A stretch of DNA of 64,000 bases, taken from a phage. How positions within the stretch are numbered: the stretch's first letter is position 1; every line of letters starts with the position of its first letter. Positions 39,276 through 49,209 of this stretch are shown piece after piece. The translations under genes were made by a program, and so were the position numbers. The stretch is taken from the sequence record OZ335962.1; one strand, 5' to 3'. The notes below the pieces were generated by a model, which was given only the letters and a program-made list of their open reading frames with translations, searched no databases and was not told where the DNA came from.

Positions 39276-39287
39276 GGGCCGAAGCCC
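39276..39287 (-). other. UUCG-tetraloop hairpin directly 3-prime of gene 45 stop
   Basis: aaagggccgaagcccttt. Confidence 0.5.
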
Positions 39288-39291
39288 TTTA

Positions 39292-39978
39292 TTAAAAATC
39301 GTGGGTAGAATCAGCTTCAAGAGCTACTACATAATTCGCATGTTCACCTTCAAATTTAGCAGCACCTTGTTTACCTTTTGCCCAGAGCAGAAGTTTATAA
39401 TTTCCTGGTTGCATTTTCATATTTGCCATATTGATAATGAAATTAAATGTATTTTCACCATCATAATCACCAAGAGTCAAAGAATATTTAACACGGGTCA
39501 AAGCAGAATCTTCTACTTTGTTAAAACCGTTAATTACGATTTTACCTTCTTTTACTGTGATAGCAATTGTATCAATCTGCAGACCACGAGATACACGCAA
39601 CAGCTGTTGAAGGTCTTCAGCTTTAATTTCGGTAACAACAGATGCTACCGGGAATGGAATTGGTTTATTAGGAGCAACTACTGTACTTGGATCGGCTGCT
39701 GGCCAAAAAATTGTTGAACGAGCATCAGCAATTTTAATATTTCCATCTTCTGACTGGGAAATTTCTGCATCGTCATTAACTAGGGACAGAATACCGAGAA
39801 AACCGTTCAAATCGTAAATTGCTACATCAAAATCAATAGTGTCAGAAATATTTGCTTCTGCATAAGTTGTACCATTAACTGCGCGAGTCATAATAAATTG
39901 ACCAGATTTAAGCATAATACCAGAGTTAATAGTAGCGAAATTTTTAAGCAGAGCAGTAGTATCTTTAGACAGTTTCAT
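39292..39978 (-). CDS. 45: Sliding clamp gp45
   Basis: 228 aa; matches T4 gp45. Confidence 0.95.
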   Translation of the reverse strand: MKLSKDTTALLKNFATINSGIMLKSGQFIMTRAVNGTTYAEANISDTIDFDVAIYDLNGFLGILSLVNDDAEISQSEDGNIKIADARSTIFWPAADPSTVVAPNKPIPFPVASVVTEIKAEDLQQLLRVSRGLQIDTIAITVKEGKIVINGFNKVEDSALTRVKYSLTLGDYDGENTFNFIINMANMKMQPGNYKLLLWAKGKQGAAKFEGEHANYVVALEADSTHDF

Positions 39979-40033
39979 GTAATTTCCTTCAATTCAAATG
40001 AGATTTAATTTTATAACTAATTTAATAAAGCAA

Positions 40034-40423
40034 TTAACGATTAAAATCGGCAGCAATTGTTTCCGCAACAATTTGAGCAGCGACAATTAGGCGTTCATCT
40101 GCATTACCACAATAATCATCTTCAAGACGTTCACCGCATGAAGTCATAATAAATTTAGCACCAGCATTTAAAGATTCTGTCGTATGTTTGCGCATTAGTT
40201 CAATCCATTTATTGCTTACTTCACGATCGATAGCTTCATAATACGCATGACGAGCAGGTGCAGATTTAATTTTATTCTGAATAACTTCCATCGCGTTATC
40301 AGAAAGAGACAAAACCCATGCTCGACGAATTTTATTTTGATTTTGTGGATTTGATTCAGAACGCACGTGTTTTGGCTGAATATCTTTTACATCAACAGTA
40401 TAATTCACAGTAATTTTAGTCAT
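40034..40423 (-). CDS. rpbA: RNA polymerase binding protein RpbA
   Basis: 129 aa; length and locus as T4 rpbA. Confidence 0.75.
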
Positions 40424-40432
40424 AATACACCT

Positions 40433-40621
40433 TTAGTCATAATAATCAGTAACAGTCCAAGCTTCATTTCTGTTGGACATTATTTTCGTATATTCTGCTT
40501 TAAATGCATTCTTAAGCATAGATTCAGTAACTATATGCTCTTCATTAGAAAAATTATTTCTCAGAATATATCGTTTTATTTCAGGAATAGTTAATAGATG
40601 CTGTCCAGTTGAATATTCCAT
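40433..40621 (-). CDS. Hypothetical protein, 62 aa
   Basis: ORF with ATG and SD GGAGGAAA. Confidence 0.5.
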   Translation of the reverse strand: MEYSTGQHLLTIPEIKRYILRNNFSNEEHIVTESMLKNAFKAEYTKIMSNRNEAWTVTDYYD

Positions 40622-40638
40622 GTTTTTCCTCCATAGAG

Positions 40639-40662
40639 ATTATACTCTAATAAATTAAAGCA
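40639..40662 (-). promoter_or_regulatory. Candidate MotA-dependent middle promoter
   Basis: Minus-strand TGCTTTA about 12 nt upstream of TATAAT. Confidence 0.4.
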
Positions 40663-40676
40663 TAATCTCTTATAAA

Positions 40677-42359
40677 TTAAACCATTACAGTAAATCGACC
40701 AACTTTCTTCATTTGAAGATGCTGACCATATGCTTGTGGGTCGTGGTCTCTATGTGAAATAACAAAAACATTAGTATTTTTTAAACTATCTAAAATAGTT
40801 GAAATAGCTTTTACACCTTCAACGTCTGTTGCTGAATCAAAAACTTCATCAAGAATTAACGTGTTTATTTTAACACCTGAAACTTTTTCAGCAATATCAC
40901 GCCAAGTAAATAAAAGAGCAATATCAATTCGTGCTTTTTCGCCTTGACTGAATGAAGCATAACTAAAATCTTCACGACCACGGGATTTAATTGTCTCATT
41001 AAATTCTTCATCTAATGTAAACACATAATCCGCTTCCATTATTTTAAGATAATGATTAATCTGCTTATTAAATAACGGAATGTACTTTTTAATAATAGCA
41101 CCTTTAATACCAGAATCTTTGAGCATATCAGTCAAAATTCCTCTGTGGTATTTTTCCATTACTAAATTAGTTTTTGTCTTAACAATTTTATCAAGTTCTT
41201 CTTGAAGCAGTGCTATTTCATCAGCATGGTCAATAAACTCGGATGATGCTTTTTCTATAGCCGCTTTAACTTTTTTAGCTTTATCTACCGTCGTGATTAG
41301 AGATTGCTTTTTATTGCGAATATCATTCGCCAACGTCTGCTGGGTTTTAATATTATCTCGGTATTCATCAACAAGAACTTTTAAATTATCACGATGTGTT
41401 GAAAGCTGTTCGAACGAATGTGTGCATTCAGAAACTTTATCTTTAATTTTAGAAACAACTTTATCACCGGAACTTAATTGTGACAAACAGGTTGGACATA
41501 ATCCACCTTCGTGATACATATTAATGACTTTATTATACGAGTCAATTTTTGATTTAATTAAAAATGCTTCTTGACCGATTTTATTAAATGCATCAGTCGG
41601 GTCTTCATCCAAAACAATATTAACTAATCTTTCATTAGCTTCTTCTATTTCCGATTTTAACGTTCTAGCTTCTTTTGCCAAATCATCATACATATTCTGC
41701 AGACGAGTAAGGTTATCACCAGTTAATTTTTTCTGGCGTTCAACGTTATCATTATATATTTTAATTTGCTGGATAATACTATCTTTTTTAACATCAAGCA
41801 CTTGGTTTTGTGAATTTAATTCACGTATTAGTGCTTTATTAAGCTTATCCATTTCAGCTAATGTTCCTACCTCGAGTAGGTCTTCGACGAGTTTTCTTCT
41901 TGCAGGAGTGGATAAGCCCATAAAAGGGGTATATCCAGCCGTGCCGAGTACGACGATCTGTTTGAAACTGGCGTATGACATTCCGATAAGCTGTTCAAAT
42001 TCTGCTTGGAAATCTTTACTGCTGGCAGATTCATTAAGACGTGTACCGTTAACGGTGATTTCGAAAACATTCGGTTTTTGTCCTCTTTTGATATAGTACT
42101 TTTTCTCATCATATTCCATCCACAGTTCAACTAAAAGTTCTTTCTTATTTGTGCTGTTTATTAATTGACCTTTCTTTACATCACGAAATGGCTTGCCAAA
42201 AAGCCCAAATGTGATGGCTTCTAACATAGTAGACTTACCACCGCCATTTCGTCCAGTAATAAGAGTTTTTTGAACCTTATCTAGTTGAATGTCAATAGGA
42301 TTTCCACCTACTGACATTATATTTTGATACCTAACTCGGTTTAGTTTAAAATTCTTCAC
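40677..42359 (-). CDS. 46: Recombination nuclease subunit gp46 (Rad50/SbcC-like)
   Basis: 560 aa; Walker A GRNGGGKST; GTG start with SD AAGGAA. Confidence 0.95.
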   Translation of the reverse strand: MKNFKLNRVRYQNIMSVGGNPIDIQLDKVQKTLITGRNGGGKSTMLEAITFGLFGKPFRDVKKGQLINSTNKKELLVELWMEYDEKKYYIKRGQKPNVFEITVNGTRLNESASSKDFQAEFEQLIGMSYASFKQIVVLGTAGYTPFMGLSTPARRKLVEDLLEVGTLAEMDKLNKALIRELNSQNQVLDVKKDSIIQQIKIYNDNVERQKKLTGDNLTRLQNMYDDLAKEARTLKSEIEEANERLVNIVLDEDPTDAFNKIGQEAFLIKSKIDSYNKVINMYHEGGLCPTCLSQLSSGDKVVSKIKDKVSECTHSFEQLSTHRDNLKVLVDEYRDNIKTQQTLANDIRNKKQSLITTVDKAKKVKAAIEKASSEFIDHADEIALLQEELDKIVKTKTNLVMEKYHRGILTDMLKDSGIKGAIIKKYIPLFNKQINHYLKIMEADYVFTLDEEFNETIKSRGREDFSYASFSQGEKARIDIALLFTWRDIAEKVSGVKINTLILDEVFDSATDVEGVKAISTILDSLKNTNVFVISHRDHDPQAYGQHLQMKKVGRFTVMV

Positions 42360-42619
42360 AAAAGATTCCTTTTAATGTATCTTTTAGACCATTCTATCAT
42401 ATCATCATAATCTAAAAAGTATTCATCAAATTCAGCCATGCAAACAACACCTTGCGCTGCTTTTGATGTGATATAAATTATTCCAACATATCTAGAATCT
42501 TCTTCGGTGTAATCAATATTTGCTATGAATTCATCGTTAATGTCAAATGTCGAAAACTTCACAGTATGCATCCTTAATACAAGATACAGCCATATCTTGT
42601 AATGATTTAGGTGTGTCAT
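42356..42619 (-). CDS. Hypothetical protein, 87 aa
   Basis: ORF with ATG; true start uncertain (77-nt overlap with upstream ORF). Confidence 0.4.
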   Translation of the reverse strand: MTHLNHYKIWLYLVLRMHTVKFSTFDINDEFIANIDYTEEDSRYVGIIYITSKAAQGVVCMAEFDEYFLDYDDMIEWSKRYIKRNLL

Positions 42620-42806
42620 TATCTAAAATGTTGAAGTTAAAAGATACAGCCCAGTCAGTGCAGACCGTAACCTTTTTAATACAATTATCTTCAACCTCTA
42701 GCGGTTCAAACCAATATTCAATAATTTCTTTATGCCCAATATCATCTTTTACTTCGCATTCAAAATGCTGACTCATCATAACATTTTTAAATTCATCAAA
42801 AGTCAT
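42543..42806 (-). CDS. Hypothetical protein, 87 aa
   Basis: ORF with ATG; ATGA coupling with gene 47 stop. Confidence 0.5.
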   Translation of the reverse strand: MTFDEFKNVMMSQHFECEVKDDIGHKEIIEYWFEPLEVEDNCIKKVTVCTDWAVSFNFNILDNDTPKSLQDMAVSCIKDAYCEVFDI

Positions 42807-43822
42807 TGTGTTGCCTCTACATATAACTGATTTGCATATTGAATAAGTGCTTCGCGGTCAGAATCAGTGATGTCTGGAATTGCATTAATGTATTCTTCCA
42901 TCAACGTCTGAAGAGATTGAACTTCAACTTCTTCACTATCATCTGACTCGACAGAGTTATCAATCTTTGACACAACTCGTAATGAATGCACAACTTTTTC
43001 TAGTTCAGATTCGAACTTCGTTAGATTTTTGTCTACTTCAGTTACTATAACACGTACTGATAGATTTGTAAAATCTTTATAGTCAATTTTTCCCTTAAAT
43101 GGATATTGAATTCGACGATGCCAGGTGGTGTTGTTTGGAATAAATTCCATTCGTTCTGTTTCTGTATCAAACATCCAGAACCCGCGAGGGTCATTCTCGT
43201 CACCTGCAGTTAGTGTCCATGGTGTCCCAATATATCTGACGTTAGCAGCCTCAGAGATAGTATGGAAGTGACCAGACCACACCTCTTTATAAGTCTTAAG
43301 GAAATCAGGTTCAAGACCGTGAGATTTCATTCCTTTATAAAAATAAAATCCATTCAGTTCCCAGTGACCAACACAAAAAGAAGCAGATGAAGTTTTGATG
43401 TGTTCAAGAATTTCACCAGTATTTTCTTCGCACATCCAAGGAATTAAATCAATCAAACATCCGTCAAAATCTACTGTAGTAGGCTTATCATATACTTTAA
43501 CATTAGGATATTTAGCCAAAAGCTCAGTAGAAGCATTTGGAGTTAAAGTATTTTTAAAGTGCATATCATGGTTTCCTACAACAGTATGTAGGGTAATACC
43601 AGCATCATCAAGCATTTGAACTATTTCACGAGCGAACTCCATAGTTTTATGTGTGATTGCTTTTCGCACATCAAAAATATCGCCGTATTGAATCCATGTA
43701 GTAATTCCGTTTTTCTTAGAATATTCTATTGCTTGTTTAATTCCATCCAACTGAATGGATTGAACCCACTCATCATCAGCTTTAACACCTAAATGCCAAT
43801 CACCTAAATTTAAAATTTTCAT
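42803..43822 (-). CDS. 47: Recombination nuclease subunit gp47 (Mre11/SbcD-like)
   Basis: 339 aa; metallophosphatase motifs (GDWH, GNHD). Confidence 0.95.
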   Translation of the reverse strand: MKILNLGDWHLGVKADDEWVQSIQLDGIKQAIEYSKKNGITTWIQYGDIFDVRKAITHKTMEFAREIVQMLDDAGITLHTVVGNHDMHFKNTLTPNASTELLAKYPNVKVYDKPTTVDFDGCLIDLIPWMCEENTGEILEHIKTSSASFCVGHWELNGFYFYKGMKSHGLEPDFLKTYKEVWSGHFHTISEAANVRYIGTPWTLTAGDENDPRGFWMFDTETERMEFIPNNTTWHRRIQYPFKGKIDYKDFTNLSVRVIVTEVDKNLTKFESELEKVVHSLRVVSKIDNSVESDDSEEVEVQSLQTLMEEYINAIPDITDSDREALIQYANQLYVEATQ

Positions 43823-43959
43823 ATATCAAGAACCGTCATTGAAATGCAAAATAAAATTATTGAAATAAATCCATCTGGAGTGCTAAAGAACCCAATCCAA
43901 CATGCTCTAGTGAATAGATAAAATGCGAGAAAAAGTATCACATATCCAAGAAATATCAT
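43819..43959 (-). CDS. Small membrane peptide, 46 aa
   Basis: Hand translation MIFLGYVILFLAFYLFTRACWIGFFSTPDGFISIILFCISMTVLDI; ATGA coupling with gene 47 start. Confidence 0.35.
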   Translation of the reverse strand: MIFLGYVILFLAFYLFTRACWIGFFSTPDGFISIILFCISMTVLDI

Positions 43960-43985
43960 TATATCAAACTCCGTATAAAGCTAAA

Positions 43986-43997
43986 GGGCCGAAGCCC
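43986..43997 (-). other. UUCG-tetraloop hairpin directly 3-prime of alpha-gt stop
   Basis: aaagggccgaagcccttt. Confidence 0.5.
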
Positions 43998-43998
43998 T

Positions 43999-45201
43999 TT
44001 ATTTTGTAATAATGTCAAACTGTTCTTTAAAGCAGAAGCTTGAATCTTGATGCTGATACAAAAATTCATAAGCTTTTTCGCGTTCACGGTCATAAAGAGC
44101 TCGGTCAGATGACAGTTCTTTAATACGTTCAAATGTTGATTCCATGTCATTTTCATCAAACCAAACGATACCGCTATCATGTGAAATTAACGGAGTATTA
44201 TCAACACGGAATTTTAAATTTTCACCAGTAGATTTCCAAAATACTGGAATTGTTCCACATGCACCAAGCTCGAGATGAGTATATTCTAAAGAACGCTGTA
44301 GATATTTTTTGTCCAACTTACTCAGCTGATAACCAAATCCGGATTTACTCATGCGTTCAAGCATTTCGCTATTTACATAACGGTCAAGAATTTGCGTTGG
44401 CAAATTAGGAGCAATTTTAATTTGGTCTACTTGATGAAGACGATAATACTCATATGGAATTCCTTTTTCTTTAATAGGAATGAACGCTGGAGAACGTTCC
44501 AGACCTTCCATAATAGTACTTAGCCCAGCAGGTTTAAGATGTTTTTCGTGAAAATCAAACATCTGATAAAAACCTTTCCATGTAGTCGTACGACCAATCC
44601 AACGGTTGACATTCATGTTAATTTCAGAAACATCTTTCCAGTAGGTTGATCGAACCTTAGCAATATCCATAGGAGGCTGAAAGTTGTATACAGTCGGTGC
44701 TTCTTCAATATCGTCAAACAGTGAAACAGTTTCTGGATACCATTCTTTCATCAGAACTTTATTAAAATCACCATTATCAGAATGACTAAAAATAACATCA
44801 GCTCGGCGAACAGTTTCTTCTAATCCCAAATTTCGGCGCAAAGAAAGAGAAGAATGGTCATGTTGATAAACTACAACACGAACCGAAGGTTTAATGTTAT
44901 CAATAATTTTTTTATAGTTATTAATAGTGTCTTCTTCGACTGAAGTAGCAGGAACTGAATTGATAATTAGAATATCACAATCATTTACCAGCTTAAGTGT
45001 TTTATCGTATTCTTTTGCCAATAAAACCGGAATTGAAAATGATTTATAATCATGCGCGCAATTACGGGTAAATGATTTATCTTTAGCATAAACCAAAGTT
45101 ACTTCATGACCATTTTTAATAAACCAATCACGTTGCTCAAGAGAAAATTTAGTTACGCCACAACCTTCAAGACCTCGAGCCATAAAAATGCATACTTTCA
45201 T
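43999..45201 (-). CDS. agt: DNA alpha-glucosyltransferase
   Basis: 400 aa; near-identical to recalled T4 alpha-gt (MKVCIFMARGLEGCGVTKFSLEQRDWFIKNGHEVTLVYAKDKSF...). Confidence 0.9.
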   Translation of the reverse strand: MKVCIFMARGLEGCGVTKFSLEQRDWFIKNGHEVTLVYAKDKSFTRNCAHDYKSFSIPVLLAKEYDKTLKLVNDCDILIINSVPATSVEEDTINNYKKIIDNIKPSVRVVVYQHDHSSLSLRRNLGLEETVRRADVIFSHSDNGDFNKVLMKEWYPETVSLFDDIEEAPTVYNFQPPMDIAKVRSTYWKDVSEINMNVNRWIGRTTTWKGFYQMFDFHEKHLKPAGLSTIMEGLERSPAFIPIKEKGIPYEYYRLHQVDQIKIAPNLPTQILDRYVNSEMLERMSKSGFGYQLSKLDKKYLQRSLEYTHLELGACGTIPVFWKSTGENLKFRVDNTPLISHDSGIVWFDENDMESTFERIKELSSDRALYDREREKAYEFLYQHQDSSFCFKEQFDIITK

Positions 45202-45267
45202 TTAATATCCTCATTGTTTTGGTTTATTTTACCAAAAATTTATAAAGCAATATAGGAGCCGAAGCTC

Positions 45268-45438
45268 CTATCCGCATAATACACCATACAGAGGCTCATT
45301 AGAGCTTCTAAATTTTATGCGTTTATGTGTTATAGTTCCTGCTTTAGCTTTATCATGAGACTCTTTAAAGCGTCTCATCATTTCTACTTTAGAGGAACGA
45401 ATTTTATTATAATCTATTTCACAAGTCTGGGCGTTCAT
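45268..45438 (-). CDS. Hypothetical basic protein, 56 aa
   Basis: Hand-translated ORF; weak SD; 3-prime end overlaps a stable hairpin. Confidence 0.3.
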   Translation of the reverse strand: MNAQTCEIDYNKIRSSKVEMMRRFKESHDKAKAGTITHKRIKFRSSNEPLYGVLCG

Positions 45439-45441
45439 CTT

Positions 45442-45645
45442 TCACAGTTGCCACCATTTTTTGACTTGATAGGAATCAACCCACACTTTCATATTAGGGT
45501 CTGCTCTTACAATAGGAGGATTAACTTCTTTAATTGAACTATCGTGGTATTCTTTTTCAGAAATTTTCACACAAAGATGACCATTCAAAGATTCAGTAAA
45601 TCCTGCATTAATTTTAAGACGCTTGAATTTTACGTGTGTAAGCAT
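45442..45645 (-). CDS. Hypothetical protein, 67 aa
   Basis: ATG at 45645 (track start TTG). Confidence 0.4.
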   Translation of the reverse strand: MLTHVKFKRLKINAGFTESLNGHLCVKISEKEYHDSSIKEVNPPIVRADPNMKVWVDSYQVKKWWQL

Positions 45646-45931
45646 CAATCATATCCTCAATCTGCGATCTAGTAGTCTTCCAAAGAATACTAATGAGTTC
45701 ATCGTTATATGGCTGTTTTAGAATATCCCGACTTTTCTTGATAGCATATTCGTATTGAGCAAAATTATTGTTTTCAGCTGCAATCTGAGCGTGCTTATAA
45801 AGACGGTTCAGTTCGCGTTTGTTTTTAGACAATAACTTATTTGCTTTTCTTTCTGCTTCAAGACGGTTCTTTTCTTCAAGAGAAGAAATAAGCTTTTCCA
45901 CTTCATCATTAATTTCGGGTTTATCAGTCAT
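45614..45931 (-). CDS. Hypothetical protein, 105 aa
   Basis: ORF with ATG. Confidence 0.5.
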   Translation of the reverse strand: MTDKPEINDEVEKLISSLEEKNRLEAERKANKLLSKNKRELNRLYKHAQIAAENNNFAQYEYAIKKSRDILKQPYNDELISILWKTTRSQIEDMIDAYTRKIQAS

Positions 45932-45932
45932 A

Positions 45933-46151
45933 TTATTTCTCTAATATAAAATAAAAATCATCATCTGTTAAATGATACCGATAATTTAATTCTACACCGT
46001 TAGATTTAAAAGCGGTATCATACGGATTTTCTGGATCAATATCAATGTCAAGAGCTAAAACTTCCCTGAGATACATTTTAAGTAAATAGGGAATAGCTTC
46101 AACTTCAGGTATTTCTTCCAAGAATCCGGAGAGGTTAATCGTTAGCCTCAT
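45933..46151 (-). CDS. Hypothetical protein, 72 aa
   Basis: ORF with ATG. Confidence 0.5.
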
Positions 46152-46692
46152 ATAAAAAATCCAAACTAGGAGAATCGTCTACAACACTTTTCTTTTCAGC
46201 CCCCGGTGTTCTATAGGTTGATTCTTCGTAATGCGTCATTTTATCGTAGATGTCTTGAATAAAAGTTTCATCTACTAACGCAACCATATCGTCGTCACGA
46301 CTGTCATAGACATTGTGAACGAAGTAACTATATTTCTTTGCAACTTCCTTACGTTCTTTTTTAATACGTTGGACGAATGCATTAAAACAAGCTTGAGTTA
46401 TATATGCATGTGGGTTTTTATATTTCGTTTCATCAAAATTATGAAGCCCCTTAATAGAAGCTTCTATACCATCTGCAATCATTTCTTGTTTCCAAGATTG
46501 GGTGTATCCTGAAAAGTTGAAACGTTTAGATAAGCCTTCTGCGATAAGCATAATGGCTAATCCGATAGTATCATTCTGACGAACTACTTTATTTGGGTCT
46601 TTATTATTTGCTAATTCTGTTTTCCAATCAATAATAGCTTGTAAAAGCTCTTTATTGTTTACGTAATTATATTTAGGCTTAGTTTCTGACAT
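46135..46692 (-). CDS. 55: Late sigma factor gp55
   Basis: 185 aa from ATG 46692 with SD GAGGTGA (track start GTG); matches T4 gp55. Confidence 0.9.
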
Positions 46693-46770
46693 TTTCACCT
46701 CTTAGCTCAATTCATAGATCTATTATATCATAATATTTGAAGATCTATCTTAAAGCATAGAGGGTATCAG

Positions 46771-47040
46771 TTATCTAAGTAAGCAGTATGCTTGGAATAC
46801 TTTCTCCATCATCTTTTTAAATTCATGAATATCTATATAATGACTAGTTAAATCAGCATGATATAAAAAGTCTAAAAACTTTTCATGTGTGCTAACATAT
46901 TCACTTTCATTTAATTCAGAAACATGGCTTTCCCAATATCCAACACCAGTCTTATTTGGGAAAAATGAAATTTTCATATATTGGTCAACATAGAAAATTC
47001 CATAATTTTCAATAGTAATAGAAATATTAATAAATTTCAT
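46771..47040 (-). CDS. Hypothetical protein, 89 aa
   Basis: ORF with ATG. Confidence 0.5.
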   Translation of the reverse strand: MKFINISITIENYGIFYVDQYMKISFFPNKTGVGYWESHVSELNESEYVSTHEKFLDFLYHADLTSHYIDIHEFKKMMEKVFQAYCLLR

Positions 47041-47258
47041 ACATTCATCAACTTAGCCGCTTCAAGAGCTGCATCTAACGAATCAAACTGGTCAACGTAT
47101 TCAATCAATTCGCCATAATTAGCATATAACCACCATTGACTAAATTCATACTCAAGGATGAATCCATTTCCTTCAATTTGAGTTAAACCAATGCCGTTTG
47201 TATTTACTTCATATCCGGCAAGACGCAAATCGTTAATAAGAGCTTCGTTCATATTCAT
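47037..47258 (-). CDS. Hypothetical protein, 73 aa
   Basis: ORF with ATG; ATGA coupling. Confidence 0.5.
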   Translation of the reverse strand: MNMNEALINDLRLAGYEVNTNGIGLTQIEGNGFILEYEFSQWWLYANYGELIEYVDQFDSLDAALEAAKLMNV

Positions 47259-47581
47259 ACCTTAGCAATTTTCAGGTCAGCAAATTTTTTCTTGCGTTGA
47301 TTTTTCATACGACGAATAGTTTTATCAGAAATTTCATGCTTTTGATAAGCTTTAGATTCTACACCAAAAGCTTTAACATCAAATTCTGACAAGATATATT
47401 GAACCAACAATTCACGGACAGTATTGCGTCCAATTTTCTGATCATTCTGTTTCATCGTCTGATGAAGCTCTTTTTCCCATTTATCCAAAATTTGAGGAGT
47501 TACAATATCGCCTTTTTCTAGCAAAGAAACTACTTTATCATATGCGTAAGAATTGATGGCGTTTTTAATTTGAATAGTCAT
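47255..47581 (-). CDS. Hypothetical protein, 108 aa
   Basis: ORF with ATG and SD GAGGA. Confidence 0.5.
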   Translation of the reverse strand: MTIQIKNAINSYAYDKVVSLLEKGDIVTPQILDKWEKELHQTMKQNDQKIGRNTVRELLVQYILSEFDVKAFGVESKAYQKHEISDKTIRRMKNQRKKKFADLKIAKV

Positions 47582-47621
47582 ACATTATCCTCAATTACAT
47601 TAAAATTTTATTATCCAAAAA

Positions 47622-47633
47622 GGGCCGAAGCCC
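47622..47633 (-). other. UUCG-tetraloop hairpin directly 3-prime of a stop codon
   Basis: aaaagggccgaagccctt abutting stop at 47634-47636. Confidence 0.5.
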
Positions 47634-47834
47634 TTAGCTAAACTTTTTGGCACCCTTCCAGCCTTCGTACATCATTGCGACTGACAATGACAAAGCTCCT
47701 TCACATGCTGTATACTTATTATTCCAGAACCAATTTAGAAAAACTTCATCCTCAATACCATTATGTTTCATGTTCTGGAAAAATTTGGCACGTTCTTCAG
47801 CAATTCGTTGCGATAATTTAGATTCAGGATTCAT
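47634..47834 (-). CDS. Hypothetical protein, 66 aa
   Basis: ORF with ATG. Confidence 0.5.
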   Translation of the reverse strand: MNPESKLSQRIAEERAKFFQNMKHNGIEDEVFLNWFWNNKYTACEGALSLSVAMMYEGWKGAKKFS

Positions 47835-47966
47835 TTAAATTTTCCAGTTACCATTTTCATCAATAAATTTAATCCAGTCATTTACTGACCACTTGATCGT
47901 ATCGCCCTTTGGAGCAACATTTAAAGTGTATAATCCTTGTTTAAAAAGCATGCGTTTGATATTCAT
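47835..47966 (-). CDS. Hypothetical protein, 43 aa
   Basis: Start at internal ATG 47966 with SD GAGGAAAAT; track start is TTG. Confidence 0.35.
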   Translation of the reverse strand: MNIKRMLFKQGLYTLNVAPKGDTIKWSVNDWIKFIDENGNWKI

Positions 47967-47973
47967 ATTTTCC

Positions 47974-48267
47974 TCAGCTGTAACGATAGCACTCGTTTGA
48001 TTTACGCTTAGCAACTCGTTGAGAAGTATTGTAATCAAAATCATCGTCAATGTAAACTGATTTTTTCAACTTTCTTACTTCACCGCGTAATTGGCGATTT
48101 AGCTCATCTTTAACTTCTGAATCAATGCCTTTCATTCTACGCCATTTATCAGAGCGAAAAATGTTTTCAACCATATCTTTATGACTTACACCATCAGGAG
48201 CTTTACGCTTTCCGAAATAGTCATAATCACGAACTTTCAAGTCTTTACGACGATACGTTTTACCCAT
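47974..48267 (-). CDS. Hypothetical basic protein, 97 aa
   Basis: Start at ATG 48267; Lys/Arg-rich. Confidence 0.45.
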   Translation of the reverse strand: MGKTYRRKDLKVRDYDYFGKRKAPDGVSHKDMVENIFRSDKWRRMKGIDSEVKDELNRQLRGEVRKLKKSVYIDDDFDYNTSQRVAKRKSNECYRYS

Positions 48268-48442
48268 GGAGTTTAATTTCCTTAGCAACTGAACTAAATA
48301 CAGCACGGTCACAAATCATCTGTTTATGTAACTTGAGTATAAGATAATAAACTTCAAAACCGTTTACATAAGTAACACGAACAACATTACCATTAATAAA
48401 ATAATATTGTCCCTTTTTAATTTCTTTATCAACCACAACCAT
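48260..48442 (-). CDS. Hypothetical protein, 60 aa
   Basis: ORF with ATG and SD GAGGA; downstream of early promoter. Confidence 0.5.
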   Translation of the reverse strand: MVVVDKEIKKGQYYFINGNVVRVTYVNGFEVYYLILKLHKQMICDRAVFSSVAKEIKLHG

Positions 48443-48464
48443 ATCAAATCCTCAAAGGCAATTC

Positions 48465-48502
48465 ATATGTTAATAATACCACAGTTTGAACTTCTTGTAA
48501 AC
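48465..48502 (-). promoter_or_regulatory. T4-type early promoter
   Basis: GTTTACAAGAAGTTCAAACTGTGGTATTAT. Confidence 0.55.
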
Positions 48503-48600
48503 AACTTTATGAAAATTATTTTAGGGAACGATAAGAAGGGAACGATAGCTTAGAATGGTAATATACAGAATGTGAGAAAGAAAGGCCCAGAGGGCCCGTC

Positions 48601-48924
48601 TTAGTCTTCTATGATATCTCTATCATATCCAAGTGAAATGAGAGTTTCTTTGAAGTGTTTAATGTTCTTTTGTCTAGAATCATTAATGAAAATGACTGGA
48701 TAACGAATATTAAGAGATGTGAATCCAGCGCGTTTAGCAAGAGATACAATCAGTGGACGATCATACTCAATCTTACCATTATTTGTAAGAACTTTATAGA
48801 AAGTAAAAGGAGCATTGAGCTCCTTTAAAAGTTTTGTAACTGATTGACATCCAGGACAACGACCAACTTCATCTGGAATTCCATAGACTTCAATCTTATT
48901 CTTTAAGTTCGAGTTTTGTTCCAC
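48601..48924 (-). CDS. nrdH: Glutaredoxin-like protein (NrdH-like), start uncertain
   Basis: CPGC redox motif; locus just upstream of nrdG; no in-frame ATG, putative GTG at 48924 with AGGA upstream; track ORF overlaps neighbouring gene. Confidence 0.5.
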   Translation of the reverse strand: MEQNSNLKNKIEVYGIPDEVGRCPGCQSVTKLLKELNAPFTFYKVLTNNGKIEYDRPLIVSLAKRAGFTSLNIRYPVIFINDSRQKNIKHFKETLISLGYDRDIIED

Positions 48925-49207
48925 GAGAAATAATTCCTTGATAAGCCCAATATGGCGGATTAACAGAATCCTCACCAGAATTTTCTTCAGGAAAATAAAC
49001 CTGGATAACAAATCCAGATGCATCAAAGGTAAAATAAACTGTAGGTAATTCACCTAACAATTCAGCACGATTATTAATTTCTTCGAGTTCTCGTTCACGT
49101 CCGGCCCAAAAACTAGGATTTAGACTACATTCATAGAAATAATAGTCATTACCGAACATATCAAAACCTTTCCAACTCTCTACCACATATCGCTCAAAAC
49201 TAATCAT
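48896..49207 (-). CDS. Hypothetical protein, 103 aa
   Basis: ORF with ATG. Confidence 0.5.
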   Translation of the reverse strand: MISFERYVVESWKGFDMFGNDYYFYECSLNPSFWAGRERELEEINNRAELLGELPTVYFTFDASGFVIQVYFPEENSGEDSVNPPYWAYQGIISRGTKLELKE

Positions 49208-49209
49208 AA

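Noticed and set aside
43959-44180. 73-aa minus-strand ORF overlapping the 3-prime part of alpha-gt
   Set aside because: Out-of-frame overlap with a confidently identified gene; no SD.
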